The notes beneath the pieces are model-generated. The model did not search any database. It worked only from the letters and a program-made list of their open reading frames with translations, and had not been told where the DNA came from. From positions 8,073 through 72,072 of the forward strand of contig CAMAUI010000007.1 in the NCBI GenBank assembly GCA_945861385.1: DNA of 64,000 nt, read 5' to 3'. A program made the position numbers and the translations under genes. Shown in pieces: positions 55,591-64,000 of this stretch. The DNA comes from Prosthecobacter debontii. Its GTDB lineage: Bacteria > Verrucomicrobiota > Verrucomicrobiia > Chthoniobacterales > Chthoniobacteraceae. Every line of letters starts with the position of its first letter. The stretch's first letter is position 1.

Positions 55591-55780
55591 CCGGAACGAT
55601 GCAGTTGCGGGAGCGCGGCGAAGTGGAACACAGGCTTCCAGCCTGTGCGGACAGTGGGCTTCCAGCCCGCTGGCCCATGCGCCGAATGGTGCAGACGCCG
55701 CAGGCATGATGCCTGCCCACCGCACAGGCTGGAAGCCTGTGTTCCGGACGGATCGCGCCGCACCAACTGCATCGTCCCGG
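55591..55780. repeat. 190-bp nested palindromic (REP/MITE-like) element between convergent genes
   Basis: There is a perfect 26-nt inverted repeat: ggaacacaggcttccagcctgtgcgg (55625-55650) against ccgcacaggctggaagcctgtgttcc (55720-55745). The outer arms ccggaacgatgcagttg (55591-55607) and caactgcatcgtcccgg (55764-55780) match at 16 of 17 positions. A central near-palindrome gcaggcatgatgcctgc is present. There is an extra ggcttccagcc copy at 55657-55667. Confidence 0.8.
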
Positions 55781-55874
55781 CTGAGCGTCGGGATCCGCGC
55801 TGCGATATCCCCACTTTGCCAGGCGCTGGCCGCCATCTGAAGAGCTTTGCGCTCGTGACCACCGCCACTGCGGG

Positions 55875-58800
55875 CTACTCGCTCGGCGGGTTCACCTCTC
55901 GCGTGTCGGCGCCGTTGGTGTCGCTGAGGATGAGGATGGCGAGTTTCTCGACCTGTGCGATCTCGGCGGGTTTGAGCATCTGGTAATCGAGGCCGTTCTT
56001 CGGGGCGGGCTCGGCGGCGACAGGCTGCACCTGCTGGGCGCCGCCGTTGAGGCTCGCGTAGTCGAAGCGCCCGCGCAGGTCGGTGTAGCCGTCCTTGAAA
56101 AAGCGCACGGTGCCGTTCTTCAGCTTCGCGTACACTTTCACGTAGGCTTTCGACACCGGCTTGTCGTTCGCGGTGTCCCGCGTTTCGAGGCGTCCGTAGT
56201 TTTCCGTCACGGTGAGCTTGAGCGTGTTCGCGTGATATGCCTGCGCCTTGCGCTGGCCGGCACCGAGGATTTCGACGAGCACGTTCGCCTTTGCGAACTC
56301 AGCGGGCAGCGCGATCTCGGCGGCGTCCTTGTCCTTCGCCAGCGCCTGCACCGCGCTCTTGTTCGGCTTGATGATGCCGAAGCGGCCCGCGTCCTGGCTT
56401 ACGAAGGGACTGCTGCTGAATGAAAACTCGGGGTCCATGAGGTAGTAATTCACCGTCACTTCGCCGAGGTTCTTGTAAGTCAGCGCGATTGTCTGTTTCT
56501 CGACCTTGAAATCGAACGTCGGCTCCGTCGCCGCGAGTTCGCTCTGCTGCTTTTCGCGGTCGGGCTTGTCGTCGGCTTTCTTCGCCGCGGCCTTGCCCTC
56601 GATCTCATCGAGATGGCTGGTCACTTCGGCAAAAACATTCCGCCAGCGCGGGACGGGGAAGTCCGAATACTTCGCCGCCGTGCCGCGCGCATCGGCGAGC
56701 CTGCCTTCGTAAAGGCCGGCGTAGCATTTGAAATAATCATGCTGGATCGCGGTCGGCAGCGCCCTGGCATCCACGGCTTGAAAGCGCGTGACCGCCTCCT
56801 CCACGCGATCCTGGAGGAAGAGGTAATACGTCACGCTCATCGAATCCATCGCATCGAGCTGCGGCTTGTGCGCGAGGATGGTGAGCAGGCTCCGGTACTG
56901 GCCGAGCACGGCGGGGTTCGCGATCCGCCAGTCATTGCCGATGCGGTGAGCGCGCTGGTTGACCAGCGGCGAATACTCGAGCTGCTCGTAGCTGCGTCGC
57001 TCGATCGGATCGAGCAGGATGAGCTTCGTCGAGAGCCACGGGCCGCACTGGCTCACGAAATCGTCCCTGTGCTTGAGCCATTCACGCAGCGCGGCGGTGT
57101 CGTTGTGGACGACCGCGTAGCTGTAGATCGTGTCGTTCCAGACGTGGTGCCGCGCCATGAAGCCGGTGAGCTTCTTGAAAAACGCGGCATCCTTGCAGCG
57201 CCAGGCGAGAAGCCCAAAGTCCAGCCGCGCGAGGTTGTTCTTTTCGAGGAAGGCGAACACGTCCTCTTCCGTCCCGTACTGCGAGACATAGTGCCACGAG
57301 GCCTTGTCGAACTGCGTGAGCTTCGGGACCACATTGAACTCGAACGCCTTCGCGCCCGCCGCGCTGTTGCCGGCGATGGCGACGTTCACCGGGTAGTGCG
57401 CGAATTTTCCCTGTTTCGCCACGAGCGGGAAGTAGAAGAAATACTCGAATGTCCGCGTCGTGTACGGCGCGAGTTCCACCCGCTTCGAGTCCGTGGCCTT
57501 GCTGCCAATGACGGGGAGCGCTCCCTGCGGGATTTGCAGCAGCACCTCGGCTTTCACCGGCGCGCTGGTGGGGTTGGTGACGACGACATTCGCGCCATAC
57601 ACCGCGCCGGTGAGGAATTCCTCGGTCACGTATTTCTCAAACTTCTCGTTGCCCTCCTGGCGGAAGCGATCGTCCTGCTTGAAAAAACTCTGCGACACGA
57701 GCAGGCCGCCCTGCCCGGCTTTCGCGGCGGCGGCGGGCTTGATCTCCTTGTGATACACGATGACAGGGCCTCCGGCGGTCAGCGTGAGCGATCCATTCGC
57801 GGCCTTGGTCGTGTGCTTCGGCGCATCAAACGGAAGGTCCAGCACCGACAGCGCGAGCATCATCCCGGCAAAGTTGTTCGCCGCCTCCGCGACATTCGGC
57901 GAAATGAATGGCGCATCTCCGCCAGCCGCGGCCCACGCGGCGTAGTCGCGCCAGAAAGCGTTCACCGGGATCAGGGCGGCATTTTGCTCGGTGATGCGGA
58001 GTTTGTAGTAATTGTTCTCCGCCCATTCCTTCGTCGCGCCGAGCTGGCGATAGTAAACGCGGACGAGCGCGCGCTCCCGCGCGGCCGGGTCTGCGCCAAA
58101 GTAGGCAAAACCACCGACGTCCTTCGCACTGAGATCCCCGTCGGCTGGGATCTGGCCTTTGCCATTTCTAAAAACGCCATCCCTTCGTTTCACCATGTCG
58201 TGCAGTTCGCCGGCTTTGGCGGCGTCATCATCGCCAAGTTCCTTCAGGGATTCCGCCACTTCACTCTCATCCATTTTCGCCAGCCGGTCCGCCTGTTTCG
58301 CGTCCAGTGAAAGATCCTGGGCCATCTTTCGAGCGGCCATCGGAGCCGCAGGCCTGTTGGCTTTGGCCCCCGAAAGCACTGTCGGAGGCTCTGCCATCGG
58401 GAAAGGCACCGCAGGCGCTGGTTTGTCAGCCATCGGCGCCGCAGCCAATCCATTACGCGCAAATCGTCCCGCCTCCTCCTTCACGGCTTTCGCTTTTTCT
58501 TCCATGACGGCACCGGCGATTCCGCCTTCTGCGCCGCCTTGCAGGGCGCGCCCGCGCAGGGCGGTTTCAAACAGATGCTCCTGCCGTTCCGGATTTGCAG
58601 GGATCATTTCCCAAAGCTCCCGCAAATGCCGCGCAGTTTCCGCGGCCTGCGCCTTGACGGTGCGGCCGAGCAGCGTGCGCTCGAGCGCATTGAGCCGCTC
58701 GTAGGCCCACGGCTGCACGTAAGGCGCGAGATCCCGGCCGAGGAGATAGTCGTCCATGAAGGTCTTGTCCTTCTTGTTCGCAAGATACGGCTTCACGACC

Positions 58801-61800
58801 TTTGCGAAAAAGTCGGGGTCTTTGCGCGAGAGGAAAAAGTTCAACTCGTGGCAGGCGAACTCGGAATACTTCGCGCGCTTCTCGTCGTCCTTGAGCTTCG
58901 GCCAGCCGAGCACCCAGGCGAATTTCGCGAGGTTCTCGTTGCCGCTCAAGGTCGTGAACAGCGCGTGGATGCTCGCGAGCGTGTCGTAGCTTTCCAACTC
59001 GCCTGTGAGCACGTCCGCCACGGTCAGCGTCCCGCCTTTGTCGAGCACGGTGACTTCCTTTTTCTGCGTGAATGCCTTTGCCGGATCGAGGTTCCCGAGC
59101 AGGCGCAGCTCGGTGAATTTCGTCTTCGCATCCGGCAGCGCGATCGCGCGCCAGACGGCGCTGGCGGGATCCTCGGCATACACCTGCAAATGCTGGCGGT
59201 CTCCGAGCGCCTTGCGGTCAAAGCGCACCACGCCATCCTTGTCCGGCAGCAGATTGTAAATCACCGGCGCGGACTCCGCGAGGAAGTCAATGTTCGCCTC
59301 TGCGGTCGCCCCGCCCTGTCCGCCGCCGGGCTTCGCAGCCTGGCGCTCCGCGGCGCCTCGCCGCAGTGATTCCCCGCGGCCTCCGCGTGTCTGCCCAGCG
59401 GCCTGGCCGGCTTGCTGCGCGAGTTCCTGGATGCCGGTGTCCCGCACCTCCCACGGATTCAAAAGCAGGCCGGGGCGGGTGAGCATGTTGCCGGGGAAAA
59501 GTTTGTGCGTCTTCCGTTCGAGGATGTAGCGGTACTCGTCGCCGATCTCGCGGCCCGCGGAGTAAAGATTCGGGAGCTTTGCCAGCGCGGCCTCGGATGC
59601 GCCGAAGCGCACGAATCCGCCGAACCCCGCGAACAAACCCTGCCCCGGCTCGAAGCGTGTCGCCGCGATGTGGACGCGCGTGAACGGGTTTGCGTTGGCG
59701 AGCTTGATCGTCACCACATCGTCGCCGGGCACGATGGATGTGATCTGCAAATTCGCCTGGCCCTTCGCCTCAAGATGCCGCGCCCTGCCGCGCACCGAGC
59801 CATGTTTCACCACGCCTTCGGCGATCTTGATCGCGATGTCGCGCTCCTCCCCGCGGAAGCGCAGCGCGTAGTCGCCCGCCGGCAGATCGTCAATGAGCAG
59901 GAACCCGTCCTGCGCCGAGAGTTGGCCGGAAACATCCACGACGGGAGTGCCCGCGCGCATTTCGAGCAGCGACACCGCGCGTTTCAGCGCATCCGCGGCC
60001 AGCGGGCCGGAGAGCGATGCGGGAAGCGGCACTCTCACCGGCGCGCCGGTCTTCGCGTGGATCACGCCCGGCCAGGTGCGTTCAAAGTTGTCCATCTCCC
60101 AGTGCGAAGCGCGTCCACTCGGTGGATTCGCCTGGAGGTTTTTGATCCCCGCAAGCGCGCCGAGCGCGATGCGGCCATTCTCGCCGGTCTTCAGCGCGAC
60201 CGTCTGCGGGCGTGAAAAGCCGTGGTGAAAGAACGTGAACACGACCTGCTGCTCGGCGACCGGCTCGCCATTTTTCCCCAGCAATTCGTAAACGTAATTT
60301 CCCCCGAGATTCGACAGCCGTCCGTCATTCGTCGCGGGCGTCTTGTCCATTCCGTTGAGCGTCCACGAGTGCTGCGCGCTCACGTCCCGCTTTGCGCCGC
60401 CCGCGCTGATCACGTCCACTTTCGCGGTAAAAACCACGGTCAACTGCGCGAGCCGCTCCGGCACGGCGAGGTCGTGCGTGAGCACGCTGCCGGGGCTGAG
60501 CTTGAGGTCCTTTTCCTCGCGCGTCGTCGAGATGCCGTCGTGCGTGGTCGAGGTGATGGTCAGCTTTGGCTCGGTGAGAAGCGCGGGGTCGAGATGCGAC
60601 TCGCCGAGCATCAGCGCCGTGCGCACCGCGAGCGTGGCTGTGCGGCGCGCGAGCAGTTGCTCGCGCTCGATGTAAAATTGCGCGTCGAGCGTGTAGGCCT
60701 CCGCGTGATGCTCAAACTGCGTGAGCGTCGCAAACGTCCCCGCCGGGTCTGCGAGCACCACGCCGCGCATCCCCGGCCGCTGCGTGAACGGCACCGTGAT
60801 GCGATGGCCGAGCTTTTCGTCCGGCGTGTATTTCCGCCCGTCGAGCCACGCGACCGCGTCCTTCACCTGGTCGCCATTTTCATCGAGCACCGTGAGCAGA
60901 TCGCCCGCCGGCCCGGTTGTCTGGATCACCTGCCACTGTCCGTTGCGCACGAGCGCGCGGCTGCTGCGCCCGCCGCCGATGAACTCGATCACCCAAGCGC
61001 CGCGTTTGCCGCGCAGCTCCGGGAATTTGAACGTCTGCCGCGTGCGCTTGAACGGCCCGGTGTCGAACGCGTGCGCCTGCTCGCTGTTCGCGACGAGGCC
61101 GTCGAGATTCATGTCCGTGTTGAGCTGGCGGCGCTGCGTGAGGAAAAAGTTCAGTGTGTTCAGCTCGTAGATGCGCACCATGACCTTCGGGGTGTTTTTC
61201 ACCACGACATCGAACTGCACATCGGCGCCCGGCGCGGCGCCGATGGCGGGTTTGAACAGCGGTGCATTCGTCGCCGGGAACTCGATGTCCACACGCTCCT
61301 TCAGTGCCTGGAAAACCGTCGGCGACAGCAGCGGCGCCCACCGCTCCGCATTGCCGTGACCACCGGTGATGAGCGCCTCGGCGAGCACCGGCTTCAGCCA
61401 TGTGTCGCGCACGTAGTCCGTGTAGGCGGACATCATCCCCTCGCCGAGATTGCCGGGATTCGCCGTGGCCGCCCGGTCGAAAAGCGTGAGGAAATACTCG
61501 CGCGCGAGCGGTTCGTCATTGCCGATGGGCCGCGAGGCGAGCAGGGGCTCGGAGAGATTCGCGTTGAGGTCGCACGCCGGCGCCTTTTCGATCGCGCGCT
61601 CCAGCCACTTTGGATGGATGTAGCCCACGTGGCGCGGCAGCTTGAGGTATTCGAGAAAGCGCGCCGCGTCGTAGATGCCGCGCTTCCGGTCGTGATCCAG
61701 CCGCAGGTAGAGCGTGTGCGCCTTGAGCGTGTTGAACGCGGGCGGCAGCGTCTTCACGTAATCCCACACCCGCGTCAGCCACGCCTCGCGCTGGGCGGCG

Positions 61801-62585
61801 TCGAACTCCACGTCCGCATCCGCGCCCGGCGCGAGCTTGCGCACTTTTGTAAAAACAAACGCCTCCGCCGTTGCGAGCGCCGGCTTCGCTTTCACGAGCA
61901 CGTCGAGCTGCTCCGGAAGCAGGGCCCTGTGGATCGGGAACTCCCCGAACCCGTTGGATTCATTCGCGTTCAAATCCGCCAGCATCAGGTCCACCAGCCC
62001 CGGCACGTCCGGGCGTGTGAGCCGGCTGAGCAGGGCGCGCCGTTGCTGCACGCTCATCGCCGTTTTCGATTTCACCAGCGACTCCAGGGATTCCAGCGAC
62101 AGCGATTGCAGCCCACCGTCATTCGCGAGAGCGTCCCGTTCAAAGACCTCGCGGGCCAGCCGCTTCGGATCCAGTTCCACGGGCAGGTTCGGCTTCTTGT
62201 CGCGCGCCTCCTGCTGGTGGTTGAACTGCAGCCCCAGCCGCTCCCGCAAATACGCGAGCGTCTGCTGCGGCGTCGCGTCGTAGTCGAGCAGCGCCTCGCG
62301 ATTGAGGATGATGCGGCGGCGCGCGTTCTCATTCGGAAACCGCTTCTCCCACTGCGCAAGGATGTCCGCGAGTTTCGCCTCGTTGCGCGTGTTCTGGAAA
62401 TGCAGCGCATGGAAAAAATAGTAGTCCTCCGAGCCGGGAACCAGTTCGCCGAGCACCTTCTCGCGGTCCGGCGCGAGCGCGAACTTTTCGATGTAGCCGA
62501 TCTCGTTCTCCGCCCACGAGATGGCGGGCAGGACGATGGAACTGAGGACTGCGATGGTGGCGCGGATGCGCGTGCGAGTGTTCAT
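55875..62585 (-). CDS. giant secreted protein of unknown function (2236 aa)
   Basis: Frame of ORF 55875..62681. The start is chosen at MNTRTRIRATIAVLSSIVLPAISWA (complement of 62583-62585). One uninterrupted frame runs for 6.7 kb, and all other-frame ORFs inside it are Arg/Gly-rich shadows. The only recognisable piece is a C-terminal beta-sandwich-like segment KAYVKVYAKLKNGTVRFFKDGYTDLRGRFDY, reminiscent of carboxypeptidase-regulatory-like domains. Confidence 0.85.
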   Translation of the reverse strand: MNTRTRIRATIAVLSSIVLPAISWAENEIGYIEKFALAPDREKVLGELVPGSEDYYFFHALHFQNTRNEAKLADILAQWEKRFPNENARRRIILNREALLDYDATPQQTLAYLRERLGLQFNHQQEARDKKPNLPVELDPKRLAREVFERDALANDGGLQSLSLESLESLVKSKTAMSVQQRRALLSRLTRPDVPGLVDLMLADLNANESNGFGEFPIHRALLPEQLDVLVKAKPALATAEAFVFTKVRKLAPGADADVEFDAAQREAWLTRVWDYVKTLPPAFNTLKAHTLYLRLDHDRKRGIYDAARFLEYLKLPRHVGYIHPKWLERAIEKAPACDLNANLSEPLLASRPIGNDEPLAREYFLTLFDRAATANPGNLGEGMMSAYTDYVRDTWLKPVLAEALITGGHGNAERWAPLLSPTVFQALKERVDIEFPATNAPLFKPAIGAAPGADVQFDVVVKNTPKVMVRIYELNTLNFFLTQRRQLNTDMNLDGLVANSEQAHAFDTGPFKRTRQTFKFPELRGKRGAWVIEFIGGGRSSRALVRNGQWQVIQTTGPAGDLLTVLDENGDQVKDAVAWLDGRKYTPDEKLGHRITVPFTQRPGMRGVVLADPAGTFATLTQFEHHAEAYTLDAQFYIEREQLLARRTATLAVRTALMLGESHLDPALLTEPKLTITSTTHDGISTTREEKDLKLSPGSVLTHDLAVPERLAQLTVVFTAKVDVISAGGAKRDVSAQHSWTLNGMDKTPATNDGRLSNLGGNYVYELLGKNGEPVAEQQVVFTFFHHGFSRPQTVALKTGENGRIALGALAGIKNLQANPPSGRASHWEMDNFERTWPGVIHAKTGAPVRVPLPASLSGPLAADALKRAVSLLEMRAGTPVVDVSGQLSAQDGFLLIDDLPAGDYALRFRGEERDIAIKIAEGVVKHGSVRGRARHLEAKGQANLQITSIVPGDDVVTIKLANANPFTRVHIAATRFEPGQGLFAGFGGFVRFGASEAALAKLPNLYSAGREIGDEYRYILERKTHKLFPGNMLTRPGLLLNPWEVRDTGIQELAQQAGQAAGQTRGGRGESLRRGAAERQAAKPGGGQGGATAEANIDFLAESAPVIYNLLPDKDGVVRFDRKALGDRQHLQVYAEDPASAVWRAIALPDAKTKFTELRLLGNLDPAKAFTQKKEVTVLDKGGTLTVADVLTGELESYDTLASIHALFTTLSGNENLAKFAWVLGWPKLKDDEKRAKYSEFACHELNFFLSRKDPDFFAKVVKPYLANKKDKTFMDDYLLGRDLAPYVQPWAYERLNALERTLLGRTVKAQAAETARHLRELWEMIPANPERQEHLFETALRGRALQGGAEGGIAGAVMEEKAKAVKEEAGRFARNGLAAAPMADKPAPAVPFPMAEPPTVLSGAKANRPAAPMAARKMAQDLSLDAKQADRLAKMDESEVAESLKELGDDDAAKAGELHDMVKRRDGVFRNGKGQIPADGDLSAKDVGGFAYFGADPAARERALVRVYYRQLGATKEWAENNYYKLRITEQNAALIPVNAFWRDYAAWAAAGGDAPFISPNVAEAANNFAGMMLALSVLDLPFDAPKHTTKAANGSLTLTAGGPVIVYHKEIKPAAAAKAGQGGLLVSQSFFKQDDRFRQEGNEKFEKYVTEEFLTGAVYGANVVVTNPTSAPVKAEVLLQIPQGALPVIGSKATDSKRVELAPYTTRTFEYFFYFPLVAKQGKFAHYPVNVAIAGNSAAGAKAFEFNVVPKLTQFDKASWHYVSQYGTEEDVFAFLEKNNLARLDFGLLAWRCKDAAFFKKLTGFMARHHVWNDTIYSYAVVHNDTAALREWLKHRDDFVSQCGPWLSTKLILLDPIERRSYEQLEYSPLVNQRAHRIGNDWRIANPAVLGQYRSLLTILAHKPQLDAMDSMSVTYYLFLQDRVEEAVTRFQAVDARALPTAIQHDYFKCYAGLYEGRLADARGTAAKYSDFPVPRWRNVFAEVTSHLDEIEGKAAAKKADDKPDREKQQSELAATEPTFDFKVEKQTIALTYKNLGEVTVNYYLMDPEFSFSSSPFVSQDAGRFGIIKPNKSAVQALAKDKDAAEIALPAEFAKANVLVEILGAGQRKAQAYHANTLKLTVTENYGRLETRDTANDKPVSKAYVKVYAKLKNGTVRFFKDGYTDLRGRFDYASLNGGAQQVQPVAAEPAPKNGLDYQMLKPAEIAQVEKLAILILSDTNGADTREVNPPSE

Positions 62586-62848
62586 GGTGATAAAACGGGC
62601 GTTGATTTGTGAATGCCGCGCCCGGCCTTTCCCGCGGACAAACCGCAGGATGCGCAACGACAGCGTGCGGAGACTACTCACAAGCGCGCCCGGTTTGTGA
62701 GAGATTTGTCAAATCCGGGTGATTCTTTTCGCAGCGTCGGTGGTGTGAGGCAAAGAGGGCAGGGGACTGCCCCGCCGGGCAGCGCCGTCGAAACACCATG
62801 AGAAACCCCGGTTCGTGGCCTGTCGGCTGCTATCTTGTTTTGGAGCCA

Positions 62849-63580
62849 ATGGACAAGCCTGCGAACATCCTGTTAGTCGAAGACATCAGCACCGTGCAGT
62901 TTTTCGTGCGGAATGCCCTCGCGGCGCTGAGAAATCCCTATGAACTTCACACTGCGGCTTCGATCGCGGATGCCCGGCAGATCATCATCGAGAAGCCGGT
63001 TGACCTGCTGATCGTGGACATCGGGCTTCCCGATGGCGACGGGATTGATTTCCTGTGCGAGGCCGCGATGCTCCAGCCGCACGCCACGGCGATCATCATC
63101 ACCGGGACGCCCAATGAAGAGAACAGGGCGCGGGCTGAGCGGCTCGGCATCGTCCAGTTGCTTTCGAAGCCCTTCAAAAAGGAAAGGCTCGTCGAGGCCG
63201 TCGGCAAGCTTCTCGGATGGTCGGGAGTCGAAAAGGACGCGGCAAATTTCCGCGCAACGCTGAGCGGACTCACGACGATGGACATCATCCAGCTCAAGTG
63301 CATGACCGGTTCGACGAGCGTGCTCGAGTTCACGAACGGAGCCGGGAGCGGGCGGGTATATTTTGAAAATGGGCACGTCATCCACGCGATGGTGAATAGC
63401 AGCGAGGGTGGCACGAATATCGGCTACGAGGCGTTCGAGGAGATCGTGGGATGGGAGAGCGGACGTGTCGCGGAGGTGGTGGAGACAGAGCCTGCGCCCC
63501 GGACGATCCGCACGGGCTGGCAGTCCCTCCTGCTCGAGGTCGCGCACAGCCGCGACGAGTTGCAGGGCCACGCAGCGTAG
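62849..63580 (+). CDS. response regulator receiver fused to a DUF4388 (PATAN-like) domain
   Basis: Frame of ORF 62798..63580. The start is chosen at MDKPANILLVEDIS. The acceptor is DLLIVDIGLPDGDG, with a conserved K in LSKPF. The C-terminal part LSGLTTMDIIQLKCMTGSTSVLEFTN..GRVYFENGHVIHA matches my recollection of DUF4388. Confidence 0.78.
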   Translation: MDKPANILLVEDISTVQFFVRNALAALRNPYELHTAASIADARQIIIEKPVDLLIVDIGLPDGDGIDFLCEAAMLQPHATAIIITGTPNEENRARAERLGIVQLLSKPFKKERLVEAVGKLLGWSGVEKDAANFRATLSGLTTMDIIQLKCMTGSTSVLEFTNGAGSGRVYFENGHVIHAMVNSSEGGTNIGYEAFEEIVGWESGRVAEVVETEPAPRTIRTGWQSLLLEVAHSRDELQGHAA

Positions 63581-63698
63581 CGCCCTGGGAGGCGCCGGCG
63601 GCCTTGTTTTGAAATGCCTTCCAAGGCCGTGTCTTCGAGCCACTCACAGGGCCGGCGTTGCGCGGCGCGCGCGGTTTGCCTATTGGTGCGCGCGTGCA

Positions 63699-64000
63699 AA
63701 TGGATCCCGTCGTCATCATCCGCGGCCTGTCGAAGGTGTATCACCAGGCCGAGAGCGAAATCGCCGCGCTGAACAACGTGTCGCTCGACATCGGGCGCGG
63801 CGAGTTCCTTTCGCTCATGGGGCCTTCGGGATCGGGCAAAAGCACGCTGCTTCACGTCATCGCCGGCATTGACCGCCCGACCACCGGCTCGTGCCGCGTC
63901 GGCGATGTGATGGTGACGGAACTCAACGACTCCGAACTCGCGGACTGGCGGAACCAGACCGTCGGATTTGTCTTCCAGAGCTTCAATCTCATCCCGGTTC
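63699..64000 (+). CDS. ABC transporter ATP-binding protein, LolD/MacB-type (3' end beyond the window)
   Basis: The ATG at 63699 gives MDPVVIIRGLSKVYHQAESEIAALNNVSLDIGRGEFLSLMGPSGSGKSTLLHVIAGIDRPTTG...VGFVFQSFNLIPV (Walker A and Q-loop). The frame is open to the window end. Confidence 0.9.

Noticed and set aside
55591-55780. Possible CRISPR array, because of the repeated ggcttccagcc motif
   Set aside because: The copies are inverted rather than regularly spaced direct repeats. There are only 2-3 units, no spacer periodicity and no cas genes in the window.
54169-55836. 555-aa minus-strand ORF spanning the prenyltransferase-repeat gene and the palindromic repeat
   Set aside because: Its composition is Arg/Ala/Gly-rich. 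Its N-terminal part simply reads through the palindromic element (the GFQPV/RLEAC strings), and the plus strand carries the credible genes.
56613-62612. Plus-strand ORFs 56613..58310 (565 aa) and 60222..62612 (796 aa) inside the giant gene
   Set aside because: They are extremely Arg/Glu/Leu/His-rich antisense shadows. The minus strand holds one continuous protein-like 2236-aa frame.
1-64000. Search for tRNA, rRNA, tmRNA, transposases, integrases, phage genes or toxin-antitoxin pairs
   Set aside because: I found no T-loop-like GGTTCGAATCC contexts outside coding frames, no rRNA-like conserved stretches and no DDE, tyrosine or serine recombinase motifs in any credible ORF. By-eye scanning is not exhaustive, so tRNAscan-SE and Infernal would be the decisive checks.

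Overview
High-GC, densely coding chromosomal window with about 54 supportable CDSs. I found no rRNA, tRNA, CRISPR array, transposase or integrase by eye. The gene content suggests a Verrucomicrobiota (Opitutae-like) genome, but that is inference only: a PEP-CTERM protein, an Amuc_1100-like pilus cluster, many TPR and secreted proteins, and GC-rich palindromic intergenic repeats. Gene order runs as follows. A partial ECF sigma factor and a PEP-CTERM trypsin-like protease come first, then an aldehyde dehydrogenase and a three-gene PilB/PilT/PilB-family ATPase operon. Next are a TPR-ExbB-ExbD-ExbD module, a PpiD-like chaperone, TPR proteins, a CheY-like regulator, a TPR-thioredoxin fusion, an ABC-F ATPase, a cell-wall amidase, a cupin and MsrA. 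The most unusual region is a compact minus-strand operon at 23064-29455: GlcF-like Fe-S protein, two paralogous 2-TM proteins, a Dop/PafA (Pup-ligase family) homolog, a small ORF in the position of pup, and a LuxE-LuxC fusion. No Pup, UBact, Mpa or 20S proteasome genes are visible anywhere in the window. After that come fabF, a UxaE-family epimerase, and a two-component system plus a FadL-family porin plus a REC-histidine kinase hybrid. A housekeeping run (KH protein, rpsP, ffh, rnd, rho, coaE) directly abuts a secretin/PilM pilus-like cluster that is syntenic in architecture with Akkermansia Amuc_1098-1102. The window ends with a GT2-methyltransferase fusion, a secreted pair of YdjY-like and prenyltransferase-repeat proteins, a 190-bp nested palindromic repeat, a 2236-aa secreted protein of unknown function, a REC-DUF4388-like regulator and a partial ABC ATPase. 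Many long ORFs in the supplied track are Arg/Pro/Gly-rich shadow frames typical of high-GC DNA and were rejected.
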